From positions 40,860,001 through 40,924,000 of the forward strand of contig NC_058368.1 of the NCBI RefSeq assembly GCF_018350175.1: a stretch of DNA of 64,000 nucleotides, given 5' to 3'. The position numbers were made by a program, and so were the translations under genes. This stretch comes from Felis catus. Lineage: Eukaryota. The notes beneath the pieces are model-generated. The model searched no databases and was not told the origin of the DNA. It worked only from the letters and a program-made list of their open reading frames with translations. How positions within the stretch are numbered: the first letter of the stretch is position 1; each line of letters opens with the position of its first letter. Positions 38,191 through 51,155 of the stretch are shown here, piece after piece.

Positions 38191-41100
38191 ACTGTATTGA
38201 ACCCAGGCCAGTGCTTTTGGCTCAGTGACTCCAAGAAAGCAGCTGCTAAGTGAAGAGTGTAGAAGTTTCTCACTATGATTCAAAAGACACAACTGCTGTT
38301 CCTGCTGTTGTTTCCTTGCTTTGCATGTGGTGCCCCAGACATCAGCACAGATCTGAAAAAGTTGGCTTTTGATTATGACCATCATCTCCATGGGTGGATT
38401 GTAGGTAGGCAGTGAGGTGGTCTATAACAAACATGACAAGGGGCACAGTTGTGTTTCCAGATGGGTCAGGAGGCATCACAGGCACAAAGAAGCCTCCACT
38501 AAAAGAGATGGATAGCAGATTGCTTCCTTACATCCCAGACAGCAGGGCTCCTCCTGTCTTAACGTTAGGACCTGGCAACCCAGACTGGTTTCCCTGGATA
38601 CAGGAGCTTCCCTGCTTCGAGGGTCTGAATCATCAAGTGTGTCTGAATCTTTTCAGACAAACTCAAAAGGACAAATGCTTTCCTGAAAAATACAAGAGGT
38701 CTTATTTTTTTAAGAAGGGGAGCACAAATGTATTGGTTTTTAAAACATTATAAATTTTGTCTGGTTTTAGTGATTTTATGATGATCTTAAACTTGATCTT
38801 TGGAAGATTATAGTAGAAGTACGTGTCATAGTAACACTCCTTGTGGCTATTAAAAAGGGGTATTTGAAACAGATCTTATTTCACAAATTATTTTCCAATA
38901 TTACTTACTATATATCAAACGTCAACTAAAAATATCAATACTTTCTATTTTTGTTTCTCTTTCAATGAATGAATGCAAATATGGAATTCAGAGTGTTACA
39001 GTTGTTATTTTCAGGGTATCAAAATGGCAATCATGTCCTTTCATTCTTTCTATCACTCACAGCACCTAAAACAGTGTCTTGCATAGACGTATATATGCAT
39101 TTATATGTGCATATAATTTTTGTGTGTATAAATTTTTCAGTATTCCTTGAGATGAAGTTGTCTTCCGTACTTCTAAGAAAGCAATGTAAAGAGTGGACTG
39201 GATATCTTTTTTACTATTCTAACTAAAGTATACCTCCTCAGTAATTCTATTATCTTTGGTTAATAGCGACTGGTATATATATCAAAAGTATTTCTAATTT
39301 TAGAAACATAGGTCGTTTATTAAGACTACATTAAGTTGGGAATTCCTAGCAGGATTGGTTCAACGTGGGGAAATAATAGAGAAACTGTAAGGGCCAGAAA
39401 AATGATCATGGCCATAAATCTGGCCCCTAAGGGAAGAGATTGAAACAGGAGAGCAGTGTATAAAATGTCATGGAAACAGAAGGCTGGTCTGGTTTGCTGC
39501 AGTGAGTTTTTAGGGAATCTGATTTGGGAAGAGGCTAGGGGAAGGGGTAATATCAACAGAAACTTCCAGGAAAAGGCAATATTTAGGTGGTTGATAACAG
39601 TGTGTTTCTTGCTAGTTCTTTGTTAGGAACAGTTCGACAGACTACAACTTGGTGAGAAGAGTACTTTGGAGCCAACATCCACTATGTGGGAAAAGGGGGT
39701 GAAATAGAGCAGTTTATGTTATTATGATTCCAGGCACTAGTTTGGTTTAGGAAGTGTCTGAGACTCAGTGAGAGAAATGGAAGACAATTTAAAAATTGTA
39801 GGAATTGATGTTAGGATAGTTCAACTGGGTGAACACCAAAGACACTTATTCCCAATTCAGACACACTCAAATATAGGGTATATGTGATCCTTCCTCTGTG
39901 AGTGGACCTTGAAAATGTCACATAAGCTAGTTGAACATCTGAGGTATAATGTGGAGATGTTTCAAAATCTAAATGATCCCTGTCATATAAAATGACCAGT
40001 CTACTTGACATAGAGAATGTAAAAATTAGGGAAAGTATGTGTCTAATGTGGAAAAAAAAAAAAGTACCTAGAGAACCACCTCACATATCCCAATATCTCC
40101 TGCTTTGCCTCTGACTTTTGACTAGATCTAGATCTAGGTATATATATCCTTGTATTTACAAGTAAAGCTTAATATTCTGCCAAAGATGTCTGATTTCTGA
40201 GAGTTTGACCTGACAATTCAATGTTTTCTATTAGCTCAATATAACTACCATACTGTGAATCATTCATATCCTCACACTATTCAATAGTCTTTATACATAT
40301 ATTACATTCTTATTTGGAAAGTGAATATACAGATCTGATTTTAATATAGGACAGAGTGAAATATAAGTCTAAATTCTGTGATTTTGTATTGTCCAGTTTC
40401 AATACTATTTAATCTTGGGTAAAGTTCGATAAAATCATTTTGTAAAAATGTGATTCCTCTAAAACCATTCCCAAACCCCAAACATCATGTATATACAAAT
40501 ATATGTATAATATTTGACCAATTTTGACCTATAAAAATATAATTTATAGGTGTGTATGCATTTATATCCATATGAACTTTTTAAATGAAAATAACCTTTC
40601 AAAAATGGGAACACAAATTACATAAAAAAAATTTGTTAGTGTCCATTTTAAAATGTAGCAACCAACATATTTCTCATATACTTCGGTAAATAAACAATGA
40701 CTGAGAATATTAAAGACTATTACGCACCATGAATGTCAAATTCTATGATAAGCTCTATAGTAAATATCGGTCATATGTTTCAAAAATGCTGATCAAAATC
40801 TCATGATCATTTTATAATTTATATTTGTGTGAAGGCAGCTTTTGTTTGAATTTCTGCCTCCGCTAGGAAACATAAAATGAAAGATAAAATCTGTAGTTAT
40901 GCTCAAGTTTTCTTCCAAATGACAGCAGCTGCTTTTGAAGTGTACTCTCGTCAGGAAGAAAACCCTGAGTTACATTGTTTGGGACACTTAAATCTAAATT
41001 GGGACTATGCTGGAAAGGAAAATTAAATTTCAATTATTTATGAGTGAACCTGCATAGATAGCCTTGATAAACAAAAGCATGCCCTGAAAATGTTCAGTGT

Positions 41101-41547
41101 AAGCTCCTTAAATATCCATGCAAAATTCTTAGCAGATGTTTTCATGAATCTCTTTTTTCTATGGTAGATTTTACTTCCTTCATTATCTGACACTTTTACA
41201 GAACTTTCTCATAAAACTTATAAAGAAATTAGGACTTGAAGGTGTTCACTTAAAAACAACATATCTGTGCATTTTCAAAGTCCATAAACATACAGTTTGC
41301 AACTGTTATGGATATATTTAACAAATTTCAGCAATGTATTGTGATTTTTCCTAATGAGATAAGCTCTAAAGGAGAAATTATACTCATAGTCCCAAAAGAG
41401 GAAAAATTGCAAATAGAATTTATTGAAATTCTTGCTACAAATTCATTCCCTCTCATCATTATCATTTGTGAATATATTTATTAGCATATGAATGCTGGTG
41501 TAAGTTTCACATTTAGTATGTGGATTCATGAGAAACAGGTGTCCATG

Positions 41548-41590
41548 GTGATGATGATGATGATGATGATGATAATGAAGATTATGATGA
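41548..41590. repeat. (GAT)n microsatellite
   Basis: Eight GAT units, then degenerate. Confidence 0.9.
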
Positions 41591-42079
41591 CAATGTAAAA
41601 GTAAATTTTGCCTTACATTATTCTTGTTACTTTGGAAAAAATAAAGGTATAAATTAAATTAAAGGAAAGGTAGAGGTATTGTGTAAATTCATTGTTGTCA
41701 CCTGTGACCATAACATTTTAAGATTGGAAATTTTAAATTCTTAGAATTCAGGTTTGTCACATGTTGATGAAATAACTCATACAGCCTAGAGCAGTTAAGT
41801 GACATGCTTATGTTCATACACATACTTGTTAATGCTTACATGTCACTTAGAGTAGCATTCAGTGCAGACATAGATTTAATGGCTTCATAAAGCATAGGAT
41901 GTTAATTGAGGTCCTGATATCTCAAAGTCATTGAGAACATTAAATACATTTATAGCATTCTACTCTTTCTTTCTAGTGCCTGTTGACAACTTAATAGAAC
42001 TTAAAAAGAGCATATTCAGGTGGCCACTGGGCCCTCATTTATTGCTAAGGGCCTAGGAGTGAATGAAATATATGTTGGT

Positions 42080-42410
42080 CATTAATAATGTGGGCTCTGG
42101 AATCAGACTGCTTGTCTTCCAATCTCAGCTTTCCTACTTTCTAGTATGAGAGTATATATGTGGTTACAATCTTGGATGCCAGAGCTGGACTGCCTGGATG
42201 TGAATACCAGCTTCCCAATTTATTATCTATGTAGCCTTAGGCAAGTTACAGAATTCTCTGTACTTTAGTTTTCTCCTCTGACAAAACAGAAAATATAGTA
42301 GTACCCATGTACACGTTAGTGGTACATGTACATAGGCATGTAGTACATGTAAGGCACTTAATACAGTGTCTGACAGATATTAAATGCTCATTAAATATTA
42401 GCTATTGCTA
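42080..42410 (+). mobile_element. MIR (two adjacent pieces)
   Basis: GGCTCTGGAATCAGACTGC and GTAGCCTTAGGCAAGTTAC...TTTCTCCTCTG...GGCACTTAATACAGTGTCTGAC...AAATATTAGCTATT. Confidence 0.8.
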
Positions 42411-42659
42411 TTTCATTTAGTAAAAAGAAGTAAGTGCCTATCACATGTCAAGAAACCTGTATATAATTAAGATACATTAGAAAAACAAATATTCCTGCTT
42501 CCCTGCTAAACTCTATTAGAAAAAATAGAAATGACACTAAAAGCATAATTTAAAAGCAAATAAGTAAGTTAGAATGTAAGTTAGAGGTATAGGAGAAAAG
42601 CATAGAGAAGACTGAGGGTGTTGAGAGGGCCAGGGATGGTACAGGTTGCAATTTAAAAT

Positions 42660-42871
42660 TTATTTTTAAGTTTCTTTATTTTGAGAAAAAGAAAAAGAGA
42701 GAGAGGCAGGGAGGGGCAGAGAGAGAAGGAAGAGAGACAAAAAATCCCAAGCAGGCTCCACACTGTCAGCCCAGAGCTTGAGGTGGGGCTTGAATCCCCT
42801 AACTGTGAGATCATGACCTGAGCCAAAATCAAGAGTCTGGATGTTTAACTGGCTGAGTCACCCAGGCACCC
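42660..42871 (-). mobile_element. CAN-SINE
   Basis: Antisense head TGAGTCACCCAGGCACCC; TSD TTGCAATTT. Confidence 0.96.
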
Positions 42872-43221
42872 TTGGTTTGCAATTTTAAATACGCTAGTCA
42901 AAGGAGGGTTAGTGACATGGCAGTTTGTGTGTAAAAACCCAAATGTGTGCCATGCAGATATCCAGGGGAAAAGGATTTGAGGTAGAACACTCAATCTGTG
43001 GGAAAGCTTTGTGACAGAAGATGCCTGCTATATTCAGGTCCTGGAAAGAAGGCTTATATGAATGAATTAGAGAGAGAAGGATAGGAACGACCTTGGATTT
43101 AAAATTGTAACTGAGGGAGATCACGTGGGGCCTTATAGATTCCTGTAGGTTTTGCTTTTGTGAAATGGGAATCACTGAATAGTTTTGAGCAGAGTAGTGA
43201 GATGATGCGAATTACATTTTA

Positions 43222-43446
43222 TTTATTTATTTATTTATTTTTTCAACGTTTATTTATTTTGGGGACAGAGAGAGACAGAGCATGAACGGGGAAGGAGCAG
43301 AGAGAGAGGGAGACACAGAATCGGAAACAGGCTCCAGGCTCTGAGCCATCAGCCCAGAGCCTGACGCGGGGCTCGAACTCACGGACCACGAGATCGTGAC
43401 CTGGCTGAAGTCGGACGCTTAACCGACTGCGCCACCCAGGCGTCCC
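43222..43446 (-). mobile_element. Young felid SINEC_Fc-type SINE
   Basis: GACCTGGCTGAAGTCGGACGCTTAACCGACTGCGCCACCCAGGCG; CpG-rich; TSD TA(C/A)ATTTTA. Confidence 0.97.
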
Positions 43447-44352
43447 TAAATTTTAAATGAACCTTCTGACTGCTGTATTAAGAAGAGATTCCCGGACGTT
43501 AAGATAGAAGTAGGAAGGAAGATCTGTTAGGAGACGATTGCAGTAAATCAGGCTAGAGATGCACGTTGCACTAACCAGGGACGTGTTGGAATAGGGGAGT
43601 TGGAAAGAACTAATGATTCTGGGTGTATTTTGAAGATAGAGACCACAGGTTCTCTAAAAGATTTAATATAGGGAAATAAAGAATGTCAAGAATGGTTCTG
43701 TGATTTTCCTTTTTCTTTTTACTCTAGCAAGTTGTAGTGGCACAGTCGTCATTGGTTGAGAAAGGACACACTGTGAGGAGAGTAGGTTGGGGGGGGGGGC
43801 AAAAATGCAATTTTAAACTGTTTGAAACAACTAAAATCTCTATTATGCATACATCCAAGTGGAAATGTCAAGCAGGCACCATAATATACCTATGAATATG
43901 GAGTTCAGTAGAATGTTCTGAACTAGAAGTGTTAGCAGGTAATAAAAGGTAGGTGTGTAGACAAGATTGGAAAATATTACAGCTACTGAAAAGAAGTCTG
44001 AGCCCCGGGACACTTCAAACTGAAGAGATTAGGGAAAAAAGAAATAACCATCAGGAAAGATTAAGAATGAATGGTCAATAAGCAGGAGGGAAACTGAGTG
44101 GTGTCATAAAAGCAGAGGGAAGAAAGTGCACTGAGGAGGAAAAAGGGGTTAACTTGTAAAATCCTGCTGATAAAAGCTGAACATTGATTGAGTTGAGCAC
44201 TAGAAATTGAAAATATGTTTACCAATATGGTAGACATAAGGTGACTTTAACAAACACATCAAGTGGACTGTTTTTAAAAAGATTACAGACAGTGAAAAAA
44301 GACAACTCCTTTGAGATGCTTTGTTAGAAAGGAGAGTGAAGAAGTGGGGTCC

Positions 44353-44448
44353 TAGCTGATGGAGGAAGAATGGTAAAAAAAAAAAAAAAGTAGCTGATGG
44401 AGGAAGAATGGTAACAAAAAGTAGCTGATGGAGGAAGAACTGTAAAAG
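44353..44448. repeat. Three-copy minisatellite with variable A-rich spacers
   Basis: TAGCTGATGGAGGAAGAA at 44353, 44391 and 44422. Confidence 0.95.
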
Positions 44449-45155
44449 AAATGGGGAAAATAATAGGCTATTTTTATGCTGAGGGGAATGGTAGAGTATG
44501 GAAGGCATGATGTAGAAAAGAGAGGGAAGAATTATTCACAGAATTCACAGATAATCATTAGATAGGTGGGAGGAGATAGCATCTTGTGTATAAATGGAAA
44601 ATCGGCTTAAGGAAAAGATGGAAAGAGAGATCTTATGAATGAAGATTTCAGGTGAGTGAATACAATGTTGGTAATTTCTAGAATTTTTCTTCAAATTACC
44701 TCAATGTTCTCAATTAATTGGTCAATAATACCATCATCAGAGAATGCAGATCAGGTGAGGAAGTATTGGAGGTTTCAGGAGATAGGAAAGCATGTAAAAT
44801 AGTCATCTGGAGATGTGAGGAATAAAGGGTATAGAACATGACTGCCTGACAGCAGCAAAGCCCTGTTCCTCATTCAGCTGAATGAGTGCAGTGCAAAGAG
44901 GGTAGCAAGTTACAACTGACTAGTGCTGTGATTTTACAACAGAGAGATGGGAAGGGAAGTTAAAGTTTTCAGGCAGAGTGATTACAGTGATTGGCCATGA
45001 AATATAAAGTGTGCAAGAGCGGGATCTGGGCTTGAAGAGGTTTAGAGGATGAAAACATAGCAGGATCGTGGTCTAGTTGGAATGGAAAGATTGCTGGGTT
45101 CAGGGTAGCTGAAGATTATAGCTAAAATGATAAATAAACTTTAAAAAAAGGCAGG

Positions 45156-45356
45156 GGGGTGCCTGCATGGTTCAGTTGTTAAGCTTTCAACTCTTGCTTT
45201 TGGCTCACATCATGATCTCATAGTTCCTGAGACTGAGCCCCCCGTTGGGCTCTGCGCTGACAGCAAGGAGCCTGCTCGGCTCTTCCCCTTCCCTTCTTGC
45301 TCTCTCTCTCTCAAAATAAAAAAATAAATAAATTTAAAAATAAAAATTAAAAAATT
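45156..45356 (+). mobile_element. CAN-SINE
   Basis: GGGGTGCCTGCATGGTTCAGTTGTTAAGC head, CT tract, A-rich tail. Confidence 0.95.
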
Positions 45357-46589
45357 AAATGATAAAATATAACTGGTCATATAATGGAACACATTGACAT
45401 TATAGCATATGTATGGAATTATTGGTAATAGCAAGATCTTGGTAGTGACCATGGGAGTTATGGTGGAAAACAAGATCATAGGAGAAAACAGTTTCAAGGA
45501 GCTAAAAGAACAGGGAATTAGAATAATAATTTATATTTATTTGAAAACACCATGACTTTAAAAAGTAGAATTGAAGAAAGCCAGGAACTAAATTCTTAGC
45601 AGTATTATTCTTTACCAGCTCACAGTTTTTCTATGAAAATTTAAATCTGAAAAAGGTGACCATAATTTCTGATTTATAGTCCTATTCCCTCACACTAGTA
45701 ATCTGATTTGAATAAAATAAAACTAAGACTGTGTATACTGAATATACACTATGGATATTTTGTTGTTAATTAATTAATGGATATACTGGGGAAATTGTGA
45801 GCAGAGCAAAAAATCTCCTGAGATCTGTGCTTGCTGAAAAATAACTCTAAAAAACATATTTTCATTTAAAGTTAAATTTATGATTATTAACAATATTCTG
45901 TTCTTTGAAGTAATAAAATTTTCTAAGAGAAGAATTATCTCATTCTATTTAAATGGACAATTGATGAATAAAAGTAACTCAAATAAGGCTTGATACCTTT
46001 AGTTAAAATTCATTTCAAGCTACACTAAAGAATCGCATCATATACTGAAGCCACATATGAATGTACTGTAGCATAAATGGCCTCATTTTGTATAAAATTT
46101 GTAAGAGATTCACACTGATTTGAGTATAGAACGAACTGAATTCTCCCTGGATATTTCAGCATCAGATAATCATGATACTCTGCAGCATAAATTTCAAACA
46201 CCTAGTGCATTTGGCACTTATGCATTGCATTTTCGAGACAAAAATATTTGTACCTCACAAAGTGGCAATCTTGACAGAAATGCTTGGAATATGTATTTTT
46301 TTTGGTATATGTTTGAATTCTGTTAATGCTAGTACACTCTTTTAACCAAAAGCAGCTTAAAAGCCACTGTCCTTAATTGAGTGCTTAATAAATGTAACAT
46401 ATAAAATTCATTATATAGTTTTATCAGCATCACGAACAACAGAAAATTTCAACACTCTAAACAGATGCATAGATTTCAATGAAATGTCATCCTTTACTGT
46501 TAATTCCTGCCTCTTTTCCTGAGACCTAACATAGGATTGAACCTGTAGTGGCTGAACATTGAAACAAGAGGGATCGTTCTCATTCATTA

Positions 46590-47112
46590 ATTCTGACGGG
46601 CTTTCTCTAAGACCTAGATTTACCAGAAGCTTTAAAATGACCTGTAAGGCCTTGAAAGCTCCGTACCCCTATTACCTCTGATTTCAAGTACATCTCTGTT
46701 TCTCTCCCTCTGTCCCAGTGCACAGTCATCCCTTGTCTTTTATGATACCAAAACCTCAGTTTCCCTCCTGCTTTATTGACCACTCATTCTCAATTAAGAA
46801 ATCCCTTGAACACACCATGATCTTCAAAATATTTGTTCGCATGTGAACTCTTGAATGAGATAATTGGCCACAATTACAAAATCTCTCTCCGACATTTCTT
46901 AATCTCTTACCCTGCTCTCTTTTTTGACTTAGTGCCTATATCACTAGCAGTTTACTACAAACCTAATCCCTCTTATTTATTTTCTTTCTCCTCCACTGAG
47001 AAGTCAGTTCCATAAAACAATAAAGCGTTTGCCTTTATGAACATTAATTACCCAGATATTACAACAGTATCTATGACAAAATAATGGTAAAAAATGTTAA
47101 GTTGTTGGATAA
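46590..47112 (+). mobile_element. L2 3' fragment
   Basis: AAAATGACCTGTAAGGCCTTG...CTCCACTGAG...GTTCCATAA...ACAACAGTATCT...GTTGGATAAA. Confidence 0.65.
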
Positions 47113-47504
47113 AATTCTGAAATCACTCTGAAGCTGAGTTTTCAGCATCATTCTTTTGAAAGATTTTTAAAGTTACTTAATACTATCTCTTTTTTTAATC
47201 TTAATTCCAGTATAATTAAAATATAGTGTTATATTAGTTTCAGGTTTACCATATAGTGATACAGCAATTCTATACATTACTCAGTGCTCATCTTGATAAG
47301 TATACTCTTAATCCCCATCACCTATTTTACCCATTTCCTCACCCACCTCCTCTCTGGTAACCATCAATTTGTTCTCTGTAGTTAAGAGTCTGTTTCTTGG
47401 TTTCTTTCTTTTTTTCTTTGTTAATTTGTTTTGTTTCTTAAATTCCACATATGAGGAATATCATATGATATTTGTCTTTCTCTAAATTATTTCATATATA
47501 TTTA

Positions 47505-47560
<56 letters not shown>
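47505..47560. repeat. (TG)n(TA)n microsatellite inside L1
   Basis: About 22 TA units after a TG run. Confidence 0.95.
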
Positions 47561-47564
<4 letters not shown>

Positions 47565-48284
47565 CACTTGGGCTGGTCCCATAATTTGGCTATTGTAAAT
47601 AATGCTTCAGTGAACATAGGGGTGCATGTATCCCTTCAAATTAGTGTTTTTGTATTCTTTGGGTAAATACCTGAGAGTGAAATTACCAAATCATGGAGCA
47701 GTTTTATTTTTAACTTTTAGAGAAAGCTACATAGTGTTTTTCACAGTGGCTGCACCAGACTGCACCAGTTTGTACTCCCGCCTGCAGTGCATGAGAATTC
47801 TCCACATCCTCACCAACACATATTGTTTCTTGTGGTTTTGTTTTTAGCCATTCTGAGAGGTATGAGATGATATGGTTTTGATTTGCATTTCCCTAATGAT
47901 GAGTGGATGTTGAGCATCTTTTCATGTGTCTTTTGGTCATCTGCAGTTCTTCTTTGGAGAAATGTCTATTCGTGTCTTCTGCCCACTTTTTAATTGGATT
48001 ATTTGGTGTTGAGTGTTGTGTAAGTTTTTTATATACTTTGGACACTAACACTTGATTGGATATATCATTTGAAAATCTCTTCTCCCATTCAGTAGGTTGT
48101 CTTTTAGTTTTGTTGATTGTTTCTTTTGCTGTACAGAAGCTTTTTATTTTGATGTAGTCCCAATAGTTTATTTTTGCTTTTGTTTCCCTTGCCTCAGGGG
48201 ACATTATCTAGAAAAATGTTGCTATGGCCCATGTTAGAGAAATTATTGCTTTGCCCTCCTGTAGGATTTTTATAGCTTCAGGCT

Positions 48285-48340
<56 letters not shown>
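48285..48340. repeat. (TTTC)n microsatellite inside L1 ORF2
   Basis: About 14 perfect TTTC units. Confidence 0.95.
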
Positions 48341-48760
48341 ATGTCATATTTAGGTCCTTAACCCATTTCGAGTTAATTTTTGGGCATGGTATAAGAAAAT
48401 GGTCCAGTTTCATTCTTTTGCATGTAGCTGTATAGTTTTTTCAACACCATTTGTTGAAGAGACTTTTTCCCATTGCATATTCTTGCCTCCTTCGTCAAAG
48501 ATTAATTGACCGTATATATAATTGTGAGTTTATCTCTGGGTTTTCTATTCTGTTCCATCAATCTGTGTCTGTCTTTTTGTGCCTGTATCGTACTGTTTTG
48601 ATTACTGTAGCTTTGTAGTATATCTTGAAATCTGGGATTGCGATACCTTCAGTTCTGTTCTTCTTTTTCAAGATTGCCTTGGCTACTTAAGGTCTTTTGT
48701 GGTTCCATACAGTTTTTAGGATTATTTGTTTTGGTTCTGTGAAAATGCTATTGGTGTTTT

Positions 48761-48981
48761 TTTTTTTTTCCCCCCAACGTTTTTTTATTTATTTTTGGGA
48801 CAGAGAGAGACAGAGCATGAACGGGGGAGGGGCAGAGAGAGAGGGAGACACAGAATCGGAAACAGGCTCCAGGCTCTGAACCATCAGCCCAGAGCCCGAC
48901 GCGGGGCTCGAGCTCACGGACTGCGAGATCGTGACCTGGCTGAAGTCGGACGCTTAACCGACTGCGCCACCCAGGCACCCC
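48761..48981 (-). mobile_element. Young felid SINEC_Fc-type SINE inserted in L1 ORF2
   Basis: Perfect 14-bp TSD GCTATTGGTGTTTT at 48747-48760 and 48982-48995; CpG-rich. Confidence 0.98.
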
Positions 48982-51117
48982 GCTATTGGTGTTTTGATAG
49001 AGATTGTATTAAATCTGTAGATTGCTTTATGTAGTATGGACATTTTCACAATTTTTTTCTTCTTTGAATCCATGAGCATAAAATATCTTTCCATTTCTTT
49101 GAGTTGCCTTCAGTTTTTTCGTCAATGTTTTATAGTTTTCAGAGCACAGGTCTTTCACATCTTTGGTTAATTCATTCCTAGGTATTTTATTATTTTTGGT
49201 GCAATTGTAAATAGGATTATTTTCTTAATCTCTTTCTCCAACTTTGTTATTCATGTATAGAAATGCAATGGATTTCTGTATGTTGACTATGTATCCTGCA
49301 AAATTACTGAATTTATCTACCAGTTCTAGTAGTTTTCTGGTGGTCTCTTTAGAGTTTTCTATATATTGGTCCCTGTCACCTGCAAATAGTGAAACCTTAC
49401 CTCTTTCTTACCAGTTTGGATATCTGTCATTTTTTTTTGTGTCTGATTGCTGTGGCTAGGAATTCCAGTACTATATTGAAAAAAGTAGTGAAGGTAGATA
49501 TCTTTGTCTTGTCCCTTACAAGGAATGATGTTAGCTGCAGGTTTTTCATATATGGCCTTTATTATGTTGAAATATGTTCCCTCTAAATCTGCTTTGTGGA
49601 AGGTTTTTGTCATGAATGGATGTTGTACTATGTCAAGTGCTTTTTCTGAATCTATTGAAATGATCATATGTTTTTTTCTTTCTCTCGTCATGTACCACGT
49701 GATTGATTTGTGAATATTGAGCCACACTTGTATCCCAGGAATAAATCTCACTTGATGGTGGTGAATATTTTTTTAATGCATTGTTGGTTTGTTTTGCTGG
49801 GGATTTTTGCATCTATGTTCATCAGAGATACTGACCTGTATTTTCTTTTTTTGTAATGTCTTTATCTAGTTTTGGTATCTGTGTAATGCTCACCTCATAA
49901 AATGAATTTGAAGTTTTTTCTCCCTCATCTATTTTTTGGAATAGTTTGAGAAGAATAAGTATTAACTATTCTTGAAATGTTTGGTAGAATTCACCACTGA
50001 AGCCACCTGGTCCTGGATTTTCGGTTGCTGATTTTTTTTTTTTTTTTTAATTACTGATTCAATTTAATTACCAGTATTTGGTCTGTTCAAATTTTCTATT
50101 TCTTCCAGATTCAGTCTTGGGGAGTTATATATTTCTAGTAATTTATCCATTTCTTCTACATTGTCCAAATTTCTGGCATATAATTTTTCATAATATTTTT
50201 ACAGTCCTTTGTATTTCTGTGTTCTGTGGTGTTAGTTTTTATTTTTCCTCTTTCAATTTTGATTTTGATTATTTGAGTCTTTTCTCTGTCTCTCTTTTTT
50301 ATGAGTCTGGCTCAAGAGTTGTCAATTTTGTTGATCTTTCAAAGAACCCACTCCTGGTTTCATTAATCTGTCTTATTGTTTTTTTTTTTATTTTGTTTAT
50401 TTCTGCTCCAATCTTTATTATTTCCTCCCTTCTATTGGTTTTGGGTTTTGTTTTTTGTTCTTCTTCTAGCTCCATTAGGTGTAAGATTAGGTTGTTGATT
50501 TGATATTTTTCTTGTTCTTGAGGTAGGACTGTATTGCTATAAACTTCCTCTTAGAAGAATTCTTTCTGCATCCCACAGTTTTGGACCATTGTGTTTCCAT
50601 TTTCATTTATCTCTATTTTTTTTTATTTCCTCTTTGATATCTTGGTTGACCCATTTATTGCTTAATAGCATGTTATTTAACCTCCATATATATGTGTTCT
50701 TTCCAGACTTTTTCTTGTGGTTGATTTCTAGTTTCATAGCATTGTGATCAGAAAAGATGCATGGTATGACTTAAGTCATTTCAAATTTGTTGAGATTTGT
50801 TTTGTGGCCTAATATGTGATCTATTCTGGAGAATGTTCCATGTGCACTGTTTTAGGATGGAATGTTCTGAATATATAGATCCATCTGGTAATATGTGTCA
50901 TTCAAAGCCACTATTTCTTTGTAGATTTTATGTTTGAATGATCTATCCATTGATGTAAATAGGGTGTTGATGTCCCCTACTCTTATTGTACTACTATCAA
51001 TTACTTCCTTTATGTTTGTTATTGGCTGTTTTATGTACTTGAGTGCTCCCATATTTGGTTTATAAATATTTATAATTATTATATATTTTGTTGGATTATT
51101 TTTTTGTTTTTTGGTTT

Positions 51118-51155
<38 letters not shown>

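Larger units (their letters stand above)
42420..45600 (-). mobile_element. Long L2 (L2a-like) element with three SINE insertions
   Basis: Purine-rich antisense L2 hallmarks: GCAGATATCCAGGGGAAAAG, GTTTTGAGCAGAGTAGTGA, TTAGGAGACGATTGCAGTAAATCAGGC, CATCCAAGTGGAAATGTCAAGCAGGC. Confidence 0.8.

Noticed and set aside
38412..38753. 113-aa plus-strand ORF
   Set aside because: GTG start, no recognisable domain, and it runs into AT-rich sequence.
40122..40137. 16-bp palindrome CTAGATCTAGATCTAG
   Set aside because: By-product of a short (CTAGAT)n tandem repeat.
44353..44448. CRISPR-like repeat-spacer pattern
   Set aside because: Spacers are related A-rich runs, there are only three units, the context is a mammalian L2, and there are no cas genes.
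50078..50503. 141-aa hydrophobic ORF and similar Phe/Leu-rich ORFs (e.g. 55018-55428)
   Set aside because: Antisense read-through of T-rich L1 sequence.
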